A stretch of DNA of 64,000 nt. Origin: an uncultured Chloroflexia bacterium (GTDB lineage Bacteria; Chloroflexota; Limnocylindria; Limnocylindrales; CSP1-4). The position numbers and the translations under genes are program-made. Shown piece after piece: positions 1 to 8,730 of this stretch. Position 1 is the first letter of the stretch; every line of letters starts with the position of its first letter. The notes under the pieces were generated by a model that was not told where the DNA came from, did not search any database, and saw nothing but the letters and a program-made list of their open reading frames with translations. The stretch is from NCBI GenBank assembly GCA_963833225.1, contig CAWHXD010000008.1, positions 384,001-448,000 on the forward strand, written 5' to 3'.

Positions 1-846
1 GCCGAGGAGCATCGCCGCGACGTACGCGTCGCCCGCCGCAAGCGTGTCCACGACATCGACCGGGATGGCTGCCACGCGGGCCTGTCCGTCGGGGGTCGCC
101 ACGAGCGAGCCATCAGCCCCGCACTTGAGGACGACGACCCCCGGCCCGAGCGCGAGCAGCGCGTCGACGGCTGCTGCGTCCTGGGTCTCGCCGGTCAGCG
201 CCGTCGCCTCGGCACGGTTGGCGAACGCGATGTCGGCACGTGCGAACAGCGAGCGCAGGTAGCCGGGATCCGCGAGGCTCGATGGGACTGCGGCGTCCAC
301 GGAGACGAGACAGCCCGCCGCCCGCGCCAGCCGCACGGCCTCGTCCACCACACGCTGGCTGCCCGCGGAGTGATGCGCGTAGCCGTCCACGTGGAACCAG
401 GTCGCCTCCGCGAACGGGACCCCCGGTCCCAGGTCGGTATCGGAGAAGCGGAGCGCCGGGTCCAGCTGCTCCAGCGCGACCCAGTCACCGGCGGGGTCGC
501 TGAGGAGCACGAGGAGATCGGCGTCGCGACCCGGACGGACGGCCACGGCACCGGTGTCCACGCCCGCGTCGGCGAGATGAGCCAGGGCGGCCCGCGAGCG
601 CGGCCCGTCCCCCGTGATGGCGAGGATGGCGGACCGGCCGCCCAGGCGCGCCGCGTAGGCCGCGACGTTCGCCGCGCCACCGCCGGTGCTCGACGCGAGG
701 GAGCGGATGGGGATGGAGCCCTGCCCGCCGGCCGCCGGATGCCGCTCGACGTGGATGACCTGCTCGGCAAGAAAGCTGCCCATCGCGAGGATGTCGAGGC
801 GCCGCGGCTCCCTGCCATCCGGGAGGCTCCAGGCCACGCCGGTCAT
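1..846 (-). CDS. PfkB-family carbohydrate kinase (3' end runs off the window)
   Basis: Manual translation gives MTGVAWSLPDGREPRRLDILAMGSF..., GGGAANVA, and the C-terminal PfkB signature DVVDTLAAGDAY. The ATG overlaps the rsmI stop (ATGA 843-846). Confidence 0.85.
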   Translation of the reverse strand, partial: MTGVAWSLPDGREPRRLDILAMGSFLAEQVIHVERHPAAGGQGSIPIRSLASSTGGGAANVAAYAARLGGRSAILAITGDGPRSRAALAHLADAGVDTGAVAVRPGRDADLLVLLSDPAGDWVALEQLDPALRFSDTDLGPGVPFAEATWFHVDGYAHHSAGSQRVVDEAVRLARAAGCLVSVDAAVPSSLADPGYLRSLFARADIAFANRAEATALTGETQDAAAVDALLALGPGVVVLKCGADGSLVATPDGQARVAAIPVDVVDTLAAGDAYVAAMLLG

Positions 847-1757
847 TCGGGCGGCGGGGGCGGCGTGGCTCCCGCAACGTACAGGGACCGCCGCGCGAGA
901 CCTGTCTCCCGCGCGACCCGGCGGGCCGCCTCACCCCGGGCCACGCCCTCGCCGACAAGGACGTCGACCCGCGCCCGGGCGGCCGCGAGCGCGTCCTCGC
1001 GAGCGTCCATCTCCCCCTCGAGGCTCCCGCGGCCGCGCCCCCAGCCGACGACGAGGACCACCTCGCCCCTGGCGGGGATCGTGCCATCCTGCGCCGCGCG
1101 CACCAGCTCGCCGAGCGAGCCACGCAGGATCTGCTCGTGGAGCTTGGTGAGCTCTCGGCAGACGGCGCCCGGACGGTCATCGCCGCAGGCCGCGGCCAAA
1201 TCGACGAGCGTGGCCGCGACCCTGTTGGGCCCCTCGAACAGCACGCAGCCCCGCGTGTCCCCGGCGATGGCCGCCAGGCGCTCGTGGCGCTCCCGGCCAC
1301 TGCGCGGCAGGAACCCCTCGAACGACCAGCGTGGCCCCGCGATCCCCGCCGCCGCGACCGCCGCGAGCACGGACGATGCCCCCGGCACGGCCATCACCCG
1401 CCCGCCGGCCGCCGCCCACGCCGCGACCAGCCCCTCGCCGGGATCCGAGATGGCCGGGGTGCCAGCATCGGTGACGAGCGCGAGGTCCGCGCCGGACGCG
1501 AGATGGGCGAGCAGCTCGTCCTCCCGCCCGGGAGCGCTCTGTGCGTGGTAGCTCGTGGTGGGGGTCGTGATCTGGTAGCGGTCGAGGAGCCGGCGGGTGA
1601 CCCGTGTGTCCTCGGCGGCGATGAGGGGTACGGCGCGCAGCACGTCGAGCGCCCGGTGGGTGACGTCCCCGAGGTTCCCGATCGGCGTGGCGACGATGAA
1701 CAGCGTCCCGCCGGCCCCGCCCGGCTGGTCGGCTCGGCCGGTGCTGACCGCGCTCAC
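843..1757 (-). CDS. rsmI: 16S rRNA (cytidine1402-2'-O)-methyltransferase
   Basis: Motifs GTLFIVATPIGNLGD, IAAEDTR, LVTDAGTPAISDPG and RELTKLHE. The GTG start overlaps the nadE stop (GTGA). Confidence 0.95.
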   Translation of the reverse strand: MSAVSTGRADQPGGAGGTLFIVATPIGNLGDVTHRALDVLRAVPLIAAEDTRVTRRLLDRYQITTPTTSYHAQSAPGREDELLAHLASGADLALVTDAGTPAISDPGEGLVAAWAAAGGRVMAVPGASSVLAAVAAAGIAGPRWSFEGFLPRSGRERHERLAAIAGDTRGCVLFEGPNRVAATLVDLAAACGDDRPGAVCRELTKLHEQILRGSLGELVRAAQDGTIPARGEVVLVVGWGRGRGSLEGEMDAREDALAAARARVDVLVGEGVARGEAARRVARETGLARRSLYVAGATPPPPPE

Positions 1758-2659
1758 TCGCGGAACGCCGAGCCGGGCCGACGGCGCGGGTACAGGTAGT
1801 CGACGCCGGCCGTGCGCGGACCGAGCTTCGCGATGGGCGGCACCTGGCGCTTGAACTCGGACGTGGCGACCATCCGGTCGACGCGCTCCACCATTGCCCG
1901 GTCGAACCCGAGCGCGACCACCTCGTCGATCGAGCGTCGCTTGTCGATCCGCCAGAACAGCAGGCGATCGAGCTCCGGGTATGAGAAGCCGGCCTCGCTC
2001 TCGTCCGTCTGGCCCGGCCACAGGTCCGCGGATGGCGCCTTGCGGATGATGGCCTCCGGCACCCCGATGGCCGCCGAGAGCTGCCTGACCTGGCTCTTGT
2101 ACAGGTCGCCGATGGGGTTGAACGCGCACGCGGAATCGCCGAACAGGGTCGTATAGCCGATCAGCGACTCGGTCTTGTTGCCCGTCCCGACAACCAGCCC
2201 ACGCCACGTCACGGACCGGTCGTACAGCACGGCCATCCGCATCCGTGCCATGAAATTGCCCCGGCGCAGCGGCGCCGCGTCCAGCGCCCCGGTTCCGCCC
2301 TCGCCCGCGGACGCGTCGCGCCCGAAGTAGCCGTCCACCATCCCGGTGATCTCGACCACCTCCCCCGCGCAGCCGAGGTCCGCCACGACCGCCTCCGCGT
2401 CCCCGCGCGAGGCAGGCGACGAGGTCCGGTAGGGCATCATCACGCACAGCACCCGGTCCGCTCCGATCGCCTCGGCGGTCAGGTACGCGACCAGCGCCGA
2501 ATCGATCCCGCCCGACAGCCCCAGGACGGCGTTGTTGAACCCGGCCTGCCGCAGCTGGCCGCGGATGAACGCGGCGATGGCCTGGCGGGCGATGTCGGTG
2601 TCGATCGCGAGCTCGTCGGGCAGCTCGAACAGGGCCTCGCCGGCACCCGGCCGGCTCAC
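1754..2659 (-). CDS. nadE: NAD+ synthetase, synthetase-only subunit
   Basis: LGLSGGIDS PP-loop, GNFMARMRM, GTGNKTE, GDLYKSQV and KAPSADLWPGQTDE. The GTG overlaps the upstream stop. Confidence 0.95.
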   Translation of the reverse strand: MSRPGAGEALFELPDELAIDTDIARQAIAAFIRGQLRQAGFNNAVLGLSGGIDSALVAYLTAEAIGADRVLCVMMPYRTSSPASRGDAEAVVADLGCAGEVVEITGMVDGYFGRDASAGEGGTGALDAAPLRRGNFMARMRMAVLYDRSVTWRGLVVGTGNKTESLIGYTTLFGDSACAFNPIGDLYKSQVRQLSAAIGVPEAIIRKAPSADLWPGQTDESEAGFSYPELDRLLFWRIDKRRSIDEVVALGFDRAMVERVDRMVATSEFKRQVPPIAKLGPRTAGVDYLYPRRRPGSAFRE

Positions 2660-3582
2660 CGGTCCGCCGCCACGTCGAAGCCCGGCTCGGACCCGTCCTC
2701 CGCCGTCGCATCGGCGCTCAGGCCGGCACGCTCCGAGATCAGGCGCCGCCACTCGCGTGCGACCAGCTCCGGCCGCTCGTCGCGCAGCAGCGGCAGCGCG
2801 ATCCGCTCCCGGCGAACCTCCGCGAGGTCCACGTCGACGCAGAACAGCCCCTCCTCGAACATCGGCGCACCGAAGATCGGCGCGCCGGTCGGGCCGATCA
2901 CCTCGGAGCCGCCCCAGAACGACAGGCTCTCGTCCACGCCGACCCGGTTGCAGAACACCACGAACGAGGTCGTCAGCTGCGCGTACGTGCGCATCAGCCC
3001 GCGCCATGAGCCGGCCGTCCCGAGGCCCACCTCGTGGACCCGGGCGAGGTCCCGCCCCGGCGAGGAGGAGACGTTGACCAGGATCTGGGCGCCGTCGAGC
3101 GCCAGGAGCTGCGGGGTGGCCAGGTGCCAGAAGTCCTCGCAGACCGCCAGCCCGATCCCGACACCCAGGCGCGACGGCGCCGCCCGGACCGTGTTGCCCG
3201 GGGCGAAGAACCGGCGCTCGTCGAACAGGCCGTACGTGGGCAGGTGGATCTTGCGGTGGACGTGGCGCACCTCCCCGCCCTCGAGCAGGGCCACCGAGAT
3301 GAACAGGCGGTGGTCCGCCGATTCCTCCACGAACGACACGACCGCCGACAGGTCCCGGGTGGCCTCGGCGAGGGACATGAGGCGAGGATCGTCGAGCCGC
3401 ATCGCCACCTCGGCCGCGAGGTCCTGGAGCAGGTACCCGGTGAGGCCGAGCTCCGGGAACACGACCAGCCCCGCGCCTTCGGCGCGCGCCTCGCCGATGA
3501 GCTCGTGATGGCGCTCGAGATTGGCATCGAGGTCCCCGAGCCGCGGGGCGATCTGGGCGAGAGCGATGCGGAGGGGCTGCAC
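2656..3582 (-). CDS. Nitrilase-superfamily C-N hydrolase, likely the stand-alone glutaminase subunit of NAD synthetase
   Basis: E-K-C triad in FPELGLTGY, HRKIHLPTYGLFDERRFF and AVCEDFW. Translationally coupled to nadE. Confidence 0.85.
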   Translation of the reverse strand: MQPLRIALAQIAPRLGDLDANLERHHELIGEARAEGAGLVVFPELGLTGYLLQDLAAEVAMRLDDPRLMSLAEATRDLSAVVSFVEESADHRLFISVALLEGGEVRHVHRKIHLPTYGLFDERRFFAPGNTVRAAPSRLGVGIGLAVCEDFWHLATPQLLALDGAQILVNVSSSPGRDLARVHEVGLGTAGSWRGLMRTYAQLTTSFVVFCNRVGVDESLSFWGGSEVIGPTGAPIFGAPMFEEGLFCVDVDLAEVRRERIALPLLRDERPELVAREWRRLISERAGLSADATAEDGSEPGFDVAADR

Positions 3583-3676
3583 GCCGATGAGTCTAGGTCC
3601 CCGGGGCCGATCCGCGCCGCCAGCTTTGCTAGGCTGGCGAGACTTCTCCTCTCATCCGCGGGAGCCGCCACCCGAC

Positions 3677-5458
3677 ATGCCCCGCCCTGTTCGCAACCGG
3701 TCGCTCCCGGGCGCCACGCGGATCACGCCGTTCGCGCGGCCGCTCGCGTCCATGGCGCTGCTGCTCGCGTCGTGTGCGCTCCTGCTCGCGTCATGTGCGC
3801 CGGGTCCGCCGGTGACGGTGGCGCCGTCGGGCGCAATCCACGGCCCCTCGGCAACCGACGTCGCCCCGATCGAGGAGGTCCCGTTCACGCCCGCCGCGTG
3901 GCCCGAGTCCGGCTCGGCGTGTGGGCTCCGAGGCTATGCCGGGCTGCTGGGACGGATCGAGACGCTCAACGCCCGGACGATCCGGTTCACGCTGTGCCAG
4001 CCGGACGGGGCCTTCCCTGCCCGGATCGCGCATCCGGCGCTCGGGATCCTGGACACCGCCGCGATCGAGCGGCTGGCCTCGGACCCCGAGTCCAGCCGCT
4101 CGCTTGCCGGAACCGGCCCCTACCGCATCGACCGCTGGGACTCCAGCGATGCCGTCATCCTTGTTCGCGCCGGAGAGAAGGCCGCAGCCATCTCCCGCGC
4201 TCCGACGGTGATCCTTCGCTGGGCGGCGGACGCGGCACGGCGGACCGATGCCCTCCAGGCGGCGTCCGTGGACGGCATCGATGCCCCGGGCCCGCTGGAC
4301 CTCGAGCGGATCGCGACCTTGCCCGAGATCGCCGTTGCCCCCAGGGCCGGGATCTCGACCGCCTATCTTGGGTTCGGGACGGGCCCGGCGTTCGACGACC
4401 CCCACGTGCGCCGCGCGATCGCCGGGGCATTGGACCGTGCGGCGCTCGCCGGTGCGGCATTCCCGCCCGGATCCGCCGTCCCGACGCACGTCGTGCCGTG
4501 CGTGATCGACGGAGCCTGTACGGGCGAGCCCTGGTTCGCCTTCAACGCGCCTGCCGCGGCAGCGACGCTCGCGGCGTCGTCGTTCGACCTGGCCTCGACC
4601 TACCCTCTCCACATTCCCGACCGGGCCATCCCCGGGCTGCCGGACCCGGCGGCCGCCGCTGCGGACATCCAGGCGCAGCTCGCGGCCAACCTCGGGCTGA
4701 CGGTCACGATCGATGTCCTCGACGCCGGGGTGTTCAACGAGGCCGTCGCGAGCGGCGAGCTCGACGGGCTCTACCTCGCGGGGATCGCGTCGGACGTGCC
4801 GGATCCCGGGGCGTTCCTCGTACCGCTGTTCGGGGACGGGGTCGCAGGCGTGCCCGCGTCCCGGGTGGACGGTGTCCGGGACGCGCTCGCGAAAGCGGCC
4901 GCCACCGACGACCCGGCGGTGCGGACCGCGGCGTTCGGACGAGCCAACGACGCGATCCGTGCGGCGGTCCCGCTGGTCCCGCTGGTCAACCCCGGTTCGG
5001 TGGCCGCCTTCCGGGCGGATGTCACCGGTGTCGTGACGTCACCGCTGGGGATGGATCCGCTCGGGGCCTTCACCCCGGGTGATCGCCACCAGCTCGTGTT
5101 CATGCAGGCCACGGAACCCAACGGCGCGTGGTGTGGGGACCAGGGCTCGGCCGACGCGTTCCGGCTGTGTGCGCTCGTGTCGGCGGGTCTCTATGGCATG
5201 GAACCGGGCACCCTCACGGTCGAGCCGCGACTCGCCGCTCGCTGCTCCCCCGGCGAGGACACGACCACCTGGACCTGCACCCTCCGGCGCGGGCTGACCT
5301 TCACCGATGGGACCGGGCTCGACGCCGGCGATGTGCTGGCCACCTACGTCGCGGCATGGGATGCGGGGAGCCCGCTTCGTGCCGCGCGCCCGGGAGGCGA
5401 CGGCGGCGTCATTGCCGGGCTGCTCGGCGTCCTGCCGGTCGGCTGGGACCAGCCCTGA
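3677..5458 (+). CDS. Family-5 (DppA/OppA-like) ABC solute-binding lipoprotein with permuted segment order
   Basis: Lipobox LLASC; GTGPYRIDRW; FDDPHVRRAIAGALDR; C-terminal WTCTLRRGLTFTDGTGLDAGDV. Alternative start ATG 3752. Confidence 0.85.
   Translation: MPRPVRNRSLPGATRITPFARPLASMALLLASCALLLASCAPGPPVTVAPSGAIHGPSATDVAPIEEVPFTPAAWPESGSACGLRGYAGLLGRIETLNARTIRFTLCQPDGAFPARIAHPALGILDTAAIERLASDPESSRSLAGTGPYRIDRWDSSDAVILVRAGEKAAAISRAPTVILRWAADAARRTDALQAASVDGIDAPGPLDLERIATLPEIAVAPRAGISTAYLGFGTGPAFDDPHVRRAIAGALDRAALAGAAFPPGSAVPTHVVPCVIDGACTGEPWFAFNAPAAAATLAASSFDLASTYPLHIPDRAIPGLPDPAAAAADIQAQLAANLGLTVTIDVLDAGVFNEAVASGELDGLYLAGIASDVPDPGAFLVPLFGDGVAGVPASRVDGVRDALAKAAATDDPAVRTAAFGRANDAIRAAVPLVPLVNPGSVAAFRADVTGVVTSPLGMDPLGAFTPGDRHQLVFMQATEPNGAWCGDQGSADAFRLCALVSAGLYGMEPGTLTVEPRLAARCSPGEDTTTWTCTLRRGLTFTDGTGLDAGDVLATYVAAWDAGSPLRAARPGGDGGVIAGLLGVLPVGWDQP
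3755..3796 (+). repeat. 21-bp tandem duplication encoding ALLLASC twice
   Basis: GCGCTGCTGCTCGCGTCGTGT followed by GCGCTCCTGCTCGCGTCATGT. Confidence 0.85.
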
Positions 5459-5502
5459 AGGAACCGTTCCGCGGTCGGCGGTGTCGGCGCGCCGGACCCG
5501 GC

Positions 5503-6570
5503 TCAGATGACCGGCGTGATCCCGGCCGGCTCCGTCACCGGCGGGACGGGCGCCCGCGCTCCTGCCGGAGGGGTCTCAACCGGGAAGTGGCAGGCGACCT
5601 TGTGGCCGGGTGCGAGCTCGACGAGCGGCGGCACCTCGACGCTGCAGCGCTCCTGGGCCTGGAAGCACCGGGTCCGGAACACGCAGCCGCTCGGCGGATC
5701 GATGGGGCTCGGCAGGTCGCCCTGGAGCATGATCCGCGCCCGCTCCCGCTGGCGCTCGGGGTCCGGGATCGGCACCGCCGAGAGCAGCGAATGGGTGTAC
5801 GGGTGGAGCGGGTGCTGGTAGATGACTTTCCGGTCCGCCGTTTCGACGATGTGGCCGAGGTACATGACCGCGACCCGGTGGGAGATCTGGCGGACGACCG
5901 CGAGGTCGTGGGCCACGAACAGGTACCCGACCTGGTATTCGTGCTGGAGATCCTTGAGCAGGTTGAGGATCTGGGCCTGGATCGAGACGTCGAGCGCCGA
6001 GACGGGCTCGTCACACACGATCAGCTTCGGACGCAGCGCGATCGCCCGGGCGATCCCGATCCGCTGGCGCTGGCCGCCCGAGAACTCGTTGGGATAGCGG
6101 TTGAAATGCTCCGGGTTGAGGCCGACACGCTCCATCAGCTCCTGGACCGCGGACCGGATGCCGCCGTCGGGCGTCACGCCCTGGATCTGGAACGGCGCGG
6201 AGATGATCCCGCCCACCGTGTGGCGCGGGTTCAGGGCGCTGTACGGATCCTGGAAGATCATCTGCGCCTTGCGACGCACCGGTACCAGCTGCTTGGACGT
6301 GAGGCCGGTCACCTCCTGGCCATCGATCTCGACCTTGCCGCTCGTCGGTCGCACGAGCATCAGGATCGAGCGAGCCGCCGTTGTCTTGCCAGAACCGCTC
6401 TCACCCACGAGCCCGAGCGTCTCGCCGGCATTCAGGGTGAAGTCAACGCCGTCGACGGCCTTCACGTGACCGACGGTCCGGCGGATCAGCCCCCGCGAGC
6501 GGACAGGGAAGTAGGTCCGAAGGTCGGAGACGCGGAGGATCTCCTTCGCCCCGTTCGTATCGCTCGTCAC
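5503..6570 (-). CDS. oppF: Oligopeptide/dipeptide ABC transporter ATP-binding protein
   Basis: GESGSGKTT, FSGGQRQRIGIARA, CDEP and the C-terminal GCVFRTRC...ACH cluster. The GTG overlaps the oppD stop. Confidence 0.9.
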   Translation of the reverse strand: MTSDTNGAKEILRVSDLRTYFPVRSRGLIRRTVGHVKAVDGVDFTLNAGETLGLVGESGSGKTTAARSILMLVRPTSGKVEIDGQEVTGLTSKQLVPVRRKAQMIFQDPYSALNPRHTVGGIISAPFQIQGVTPDGGIRSAVQELMERVGLNPEHFNRYPNEFSGGQRQRIGIARAIALRPKLIVCDEPVSALDVSIQAQILNLLKDLQHEYQVGYLFVAHDLAVVRQISHRVAVMYLGHIVETADRKVIYQHPLHPYTHSLLSAVPIPDPERQRERARIMLQGDLPSPIDPPSGCVFRTRCFQAQERCSVEVPPLVELAPGHKVACHFPVETPPAGARAPVPPVTEPAGITPVI

Positions 6571-7646
6571 TCGGAGGCTCCGGCAAGGAGATTGAAGACA
6601 TCGCGCGAGATCTGCTGGCGCTCCTCGGCCGGCAGGTGGCAGCGAACGAGGTGGCCCGGGGCGGTCGCCAGGATCTCGGGTCGATCCGTCAGGCACGCCC
6701 CGCTGGTGACCCTGCTCGAATAGGTGCACCGGGGCTGGAACACGCAGCCGGGCGGCAGGTTGATCGGCGACGGCGGGTTGCCCGGGATCGGGTCCAGCCG
6801 CTCAGGCAGGACGCGATCCATCCGGGGGATCGATGACAGGAGCCCCAGCGTGTAGGGCATCTCCGGGTGGGCGTAGAGCGTGGGGGTGGGGGCGACTTCG
6901 ACGATCCGGCCGCCGTACATCACGGCGACATGGTCGGCGACGTCCGCCACGATGCCCAGATCGTGGGTGATCAGGATGACCGTGATCCCAAACTCGTCCT
7001 GGATGCTGTTGATCAACTCCAGGATCTGCGCCTGGACCGTGACGTCGAGAGCCGTCGTCGGCTCATCCGCGATCAGCAGCGCAGGCGAGTTGATCAGGGC
7101 CATCGCGATCATCACACGCTGCCGCATGCCACCTGACAGCTGGTGCGGATAGTCGTCCACGCGCCGCTCCACGGCCGAGATCCCGACCCGTCGCAGCATG
7201 TCGATCGTCTCGCGCCTTGCCGCCACCTTGCCGATCGAACGATGAGCCGAGATCGCCTCCATGATCTGATCGCCGATCCGGTAGAACGGATGGAGGCTGG
7301 ACATCGGGTCCTGGAAGATCATCGCGATCTGCGAGCCGCGCAGCGCCTGGACGTCTTCCGACGGCATCTTGACGAGCTCCTCGCCGTCCAGCCAGATCTC
7401 GCCCGTCAGCGTGGCCGTCCGCCGATCGATCAACCCCATGATGGCCTGCGCGGTGACGCTCTTGCCGGAGCCCGACTCGCCGACGATCGCGAGGGTCTTC
7501 CCCCGCTCGATGCCCAGCGAGACGCCATCGACGGCAACGACGACCCCGTCCTCGGTCTTGAACGAGACCGCGAGGTCATGAACGGAGAGGAAGGGCCTCT
7601 CGTCCGGTTGCTGGGTCGGATTGCGCGGCCGGCCGTCTCCGCTCAT
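6567..7646 (-). CDS. oppD: Oligopeptide/dipeptide ABC transporter ATP-binding protein
   Basis: [32 protein letters not shown]. Confidence 0.9.
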   Translation of the reverse strand: MSGDGRPRNPTQQPDERPFLSVHDLAVSFKTEDGVVVAVDGVSLGIERGKTLAIVGESGSGKSVTAQAIMGLIDRRTATLTGEIWLDGEELVKMPSEDVQALRGSQIAMIFQDPMSSLHPFYRIGDQIMEAISAHRSIGKVAARRETIDMLRRVGISAVERRVDDYPHQLSGGMRQRVMIAMALINSPALLIADEPTTALDVTVQAQILELINSIQDEFGITVILITHDLGIVADVADHVAVMYGGRIVEVAPTPTLYAHPEMPYTLGLLSSIPRMDRVLPERLDPIPGNPPSPINLPPGCVFQPRCTYSSRVTSGACLTDRPEILATAPGHLVRCHLPAEERQQISRDVFNLLAGASE

Positions 7647-8635
7647 GCGACCCGGACTCGCGGATCGAGCACGCCGTACAGCAGGTCGACGATGAGGTTC
7701 ATCACGATGATGAAGAAGCCGCTGACGAGCGTGATCCCCGTGATCACCGGCAGGTCCGCCTGGACAACCGAGCGAACGGCAAGGACCCCCATGCCAGGCA
7801 GGCTGAAGATGCTCTCGGTGATGATGGCGCCGCCCATCAGGTAGGCGATGTCGATGCCGGCGGCGGTCACGATCGGGGTCAGGCCGGCCCGCAACGCGTG
7901 CTTGACGACGACGACCCGCTCCGGCAGGCCCTTGGCCCGAGCCGTACGGACGTAGTCCTCACCAAAGGTCTCGAGCACCTGGTTCCTGGTCAGGCGGACG
8001 TAGAACGCCGCGTTGAGGACGGCGATGACGATCCACGGCAGGATCATCGTCTGCACGAACTGCACCGGGTTGTCGAACGGGGACACGAATCTCGGGAACG
8101 GCAGCCAGTGCCACTCGAGGACCACGAAGAAGATCAGGACGAGGCCGATGAAGAACGACGGCATCGAGTAGCCGAACAGGGCGACCGTCATCAGGGTCCG
8201 ATCCTCCCAGCGGCCACGCCGGAGGGCGGCCACGATCCCGCCGAACACGCCGACCGAGATCCAGAGGAGGAAGCCGCCCATCGCCAGCCAGAACGTGACG
8301 GGCAGCGCCCGCTTGATCAGGTCGAGCACCTCGGCGTGCTGGAGGAACGAGTATCCCAGGCACGGTGCCGAGCAGATGATCGGCGCCGGCGAGTCAGCCG
8401 CGTAGGTGCGACCGAAGAAGATGCCGCCGACGAAGTTGAGGTACTGCTGGTAGAGAGGCAGGTCGAAGCCGAGCCGGTGCCGGTTCGCCTCCAGGAGCTC
8501 CGGCGTGCACAACTTGCCGCACGTGAGCCGCGCCGGATCGAACGGCAGCATGTTGAACAGGATGAAGACCACCGCGGTCAGCAGGATCAGGAGGAGGAAC
8601 ATCAACGAAAGTCGACGCACCGCGTATCCGGCTAC
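7643..8635 (-). CDS. oppB: Oligopeptide ABC transporter permease (start uncertain: GTA 8635 or GTG 8620)
   Basis: EDYVRTARAKGL EAA loop, multiple TM segments and terminal DPRVR. An AGGAGG lies 8 nt before the in-frame GTA. Confidence 0.9.
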   Translation of the reverse strand, partial: VAGYAVRRLSLMFLLLILLTAVVFILFNMLPFDPARLTCGKLCTPELLEANRHRLGFDLPLYQQYLNFVGGIFFGRTYAADSPAPIICSAPCLGYSFLQHAEVLDLIKRALPVTFWLAMGGFLLWISVGVFGGIVAALRRGRWEDRTLMTVALFGYSMPSFFIGLVLIFFVVLEWHWLPFPRFVSPFDNPVQFVQTMILPWIVIAVLNAAFYVRLTRNQVLETFGEDYVRTARAKGLPERVVVVKHALRAGLTPIVTAAGIDIAYLMGGAIITESIFSLPGMGVLAVRSVVQADLPVITGITLVSGFFIIVMNLIVDLLYGVLDPRVRVA

Positions 8636-8669
8636 TGGAAGATCCTCCTGTCTGACTCGGTGGGATGGT

Positions 8670-8701
8670 CACTGGGGGAGCGGCATGCCGCTCCCCCAGT
8701 G
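8670..8701. repeat. 32-bp perfect palindrome (stem-loop) between oppA and oppB
   Basis: CACTGGGGGAGCGGCA|TGCCGCTCCCCCAGTG is its own reverse complement. Confidence 0.9.
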
Positions 8702-8730
8702 CGCCCAGGTTTCCTGCAGAGGAGACCTGG

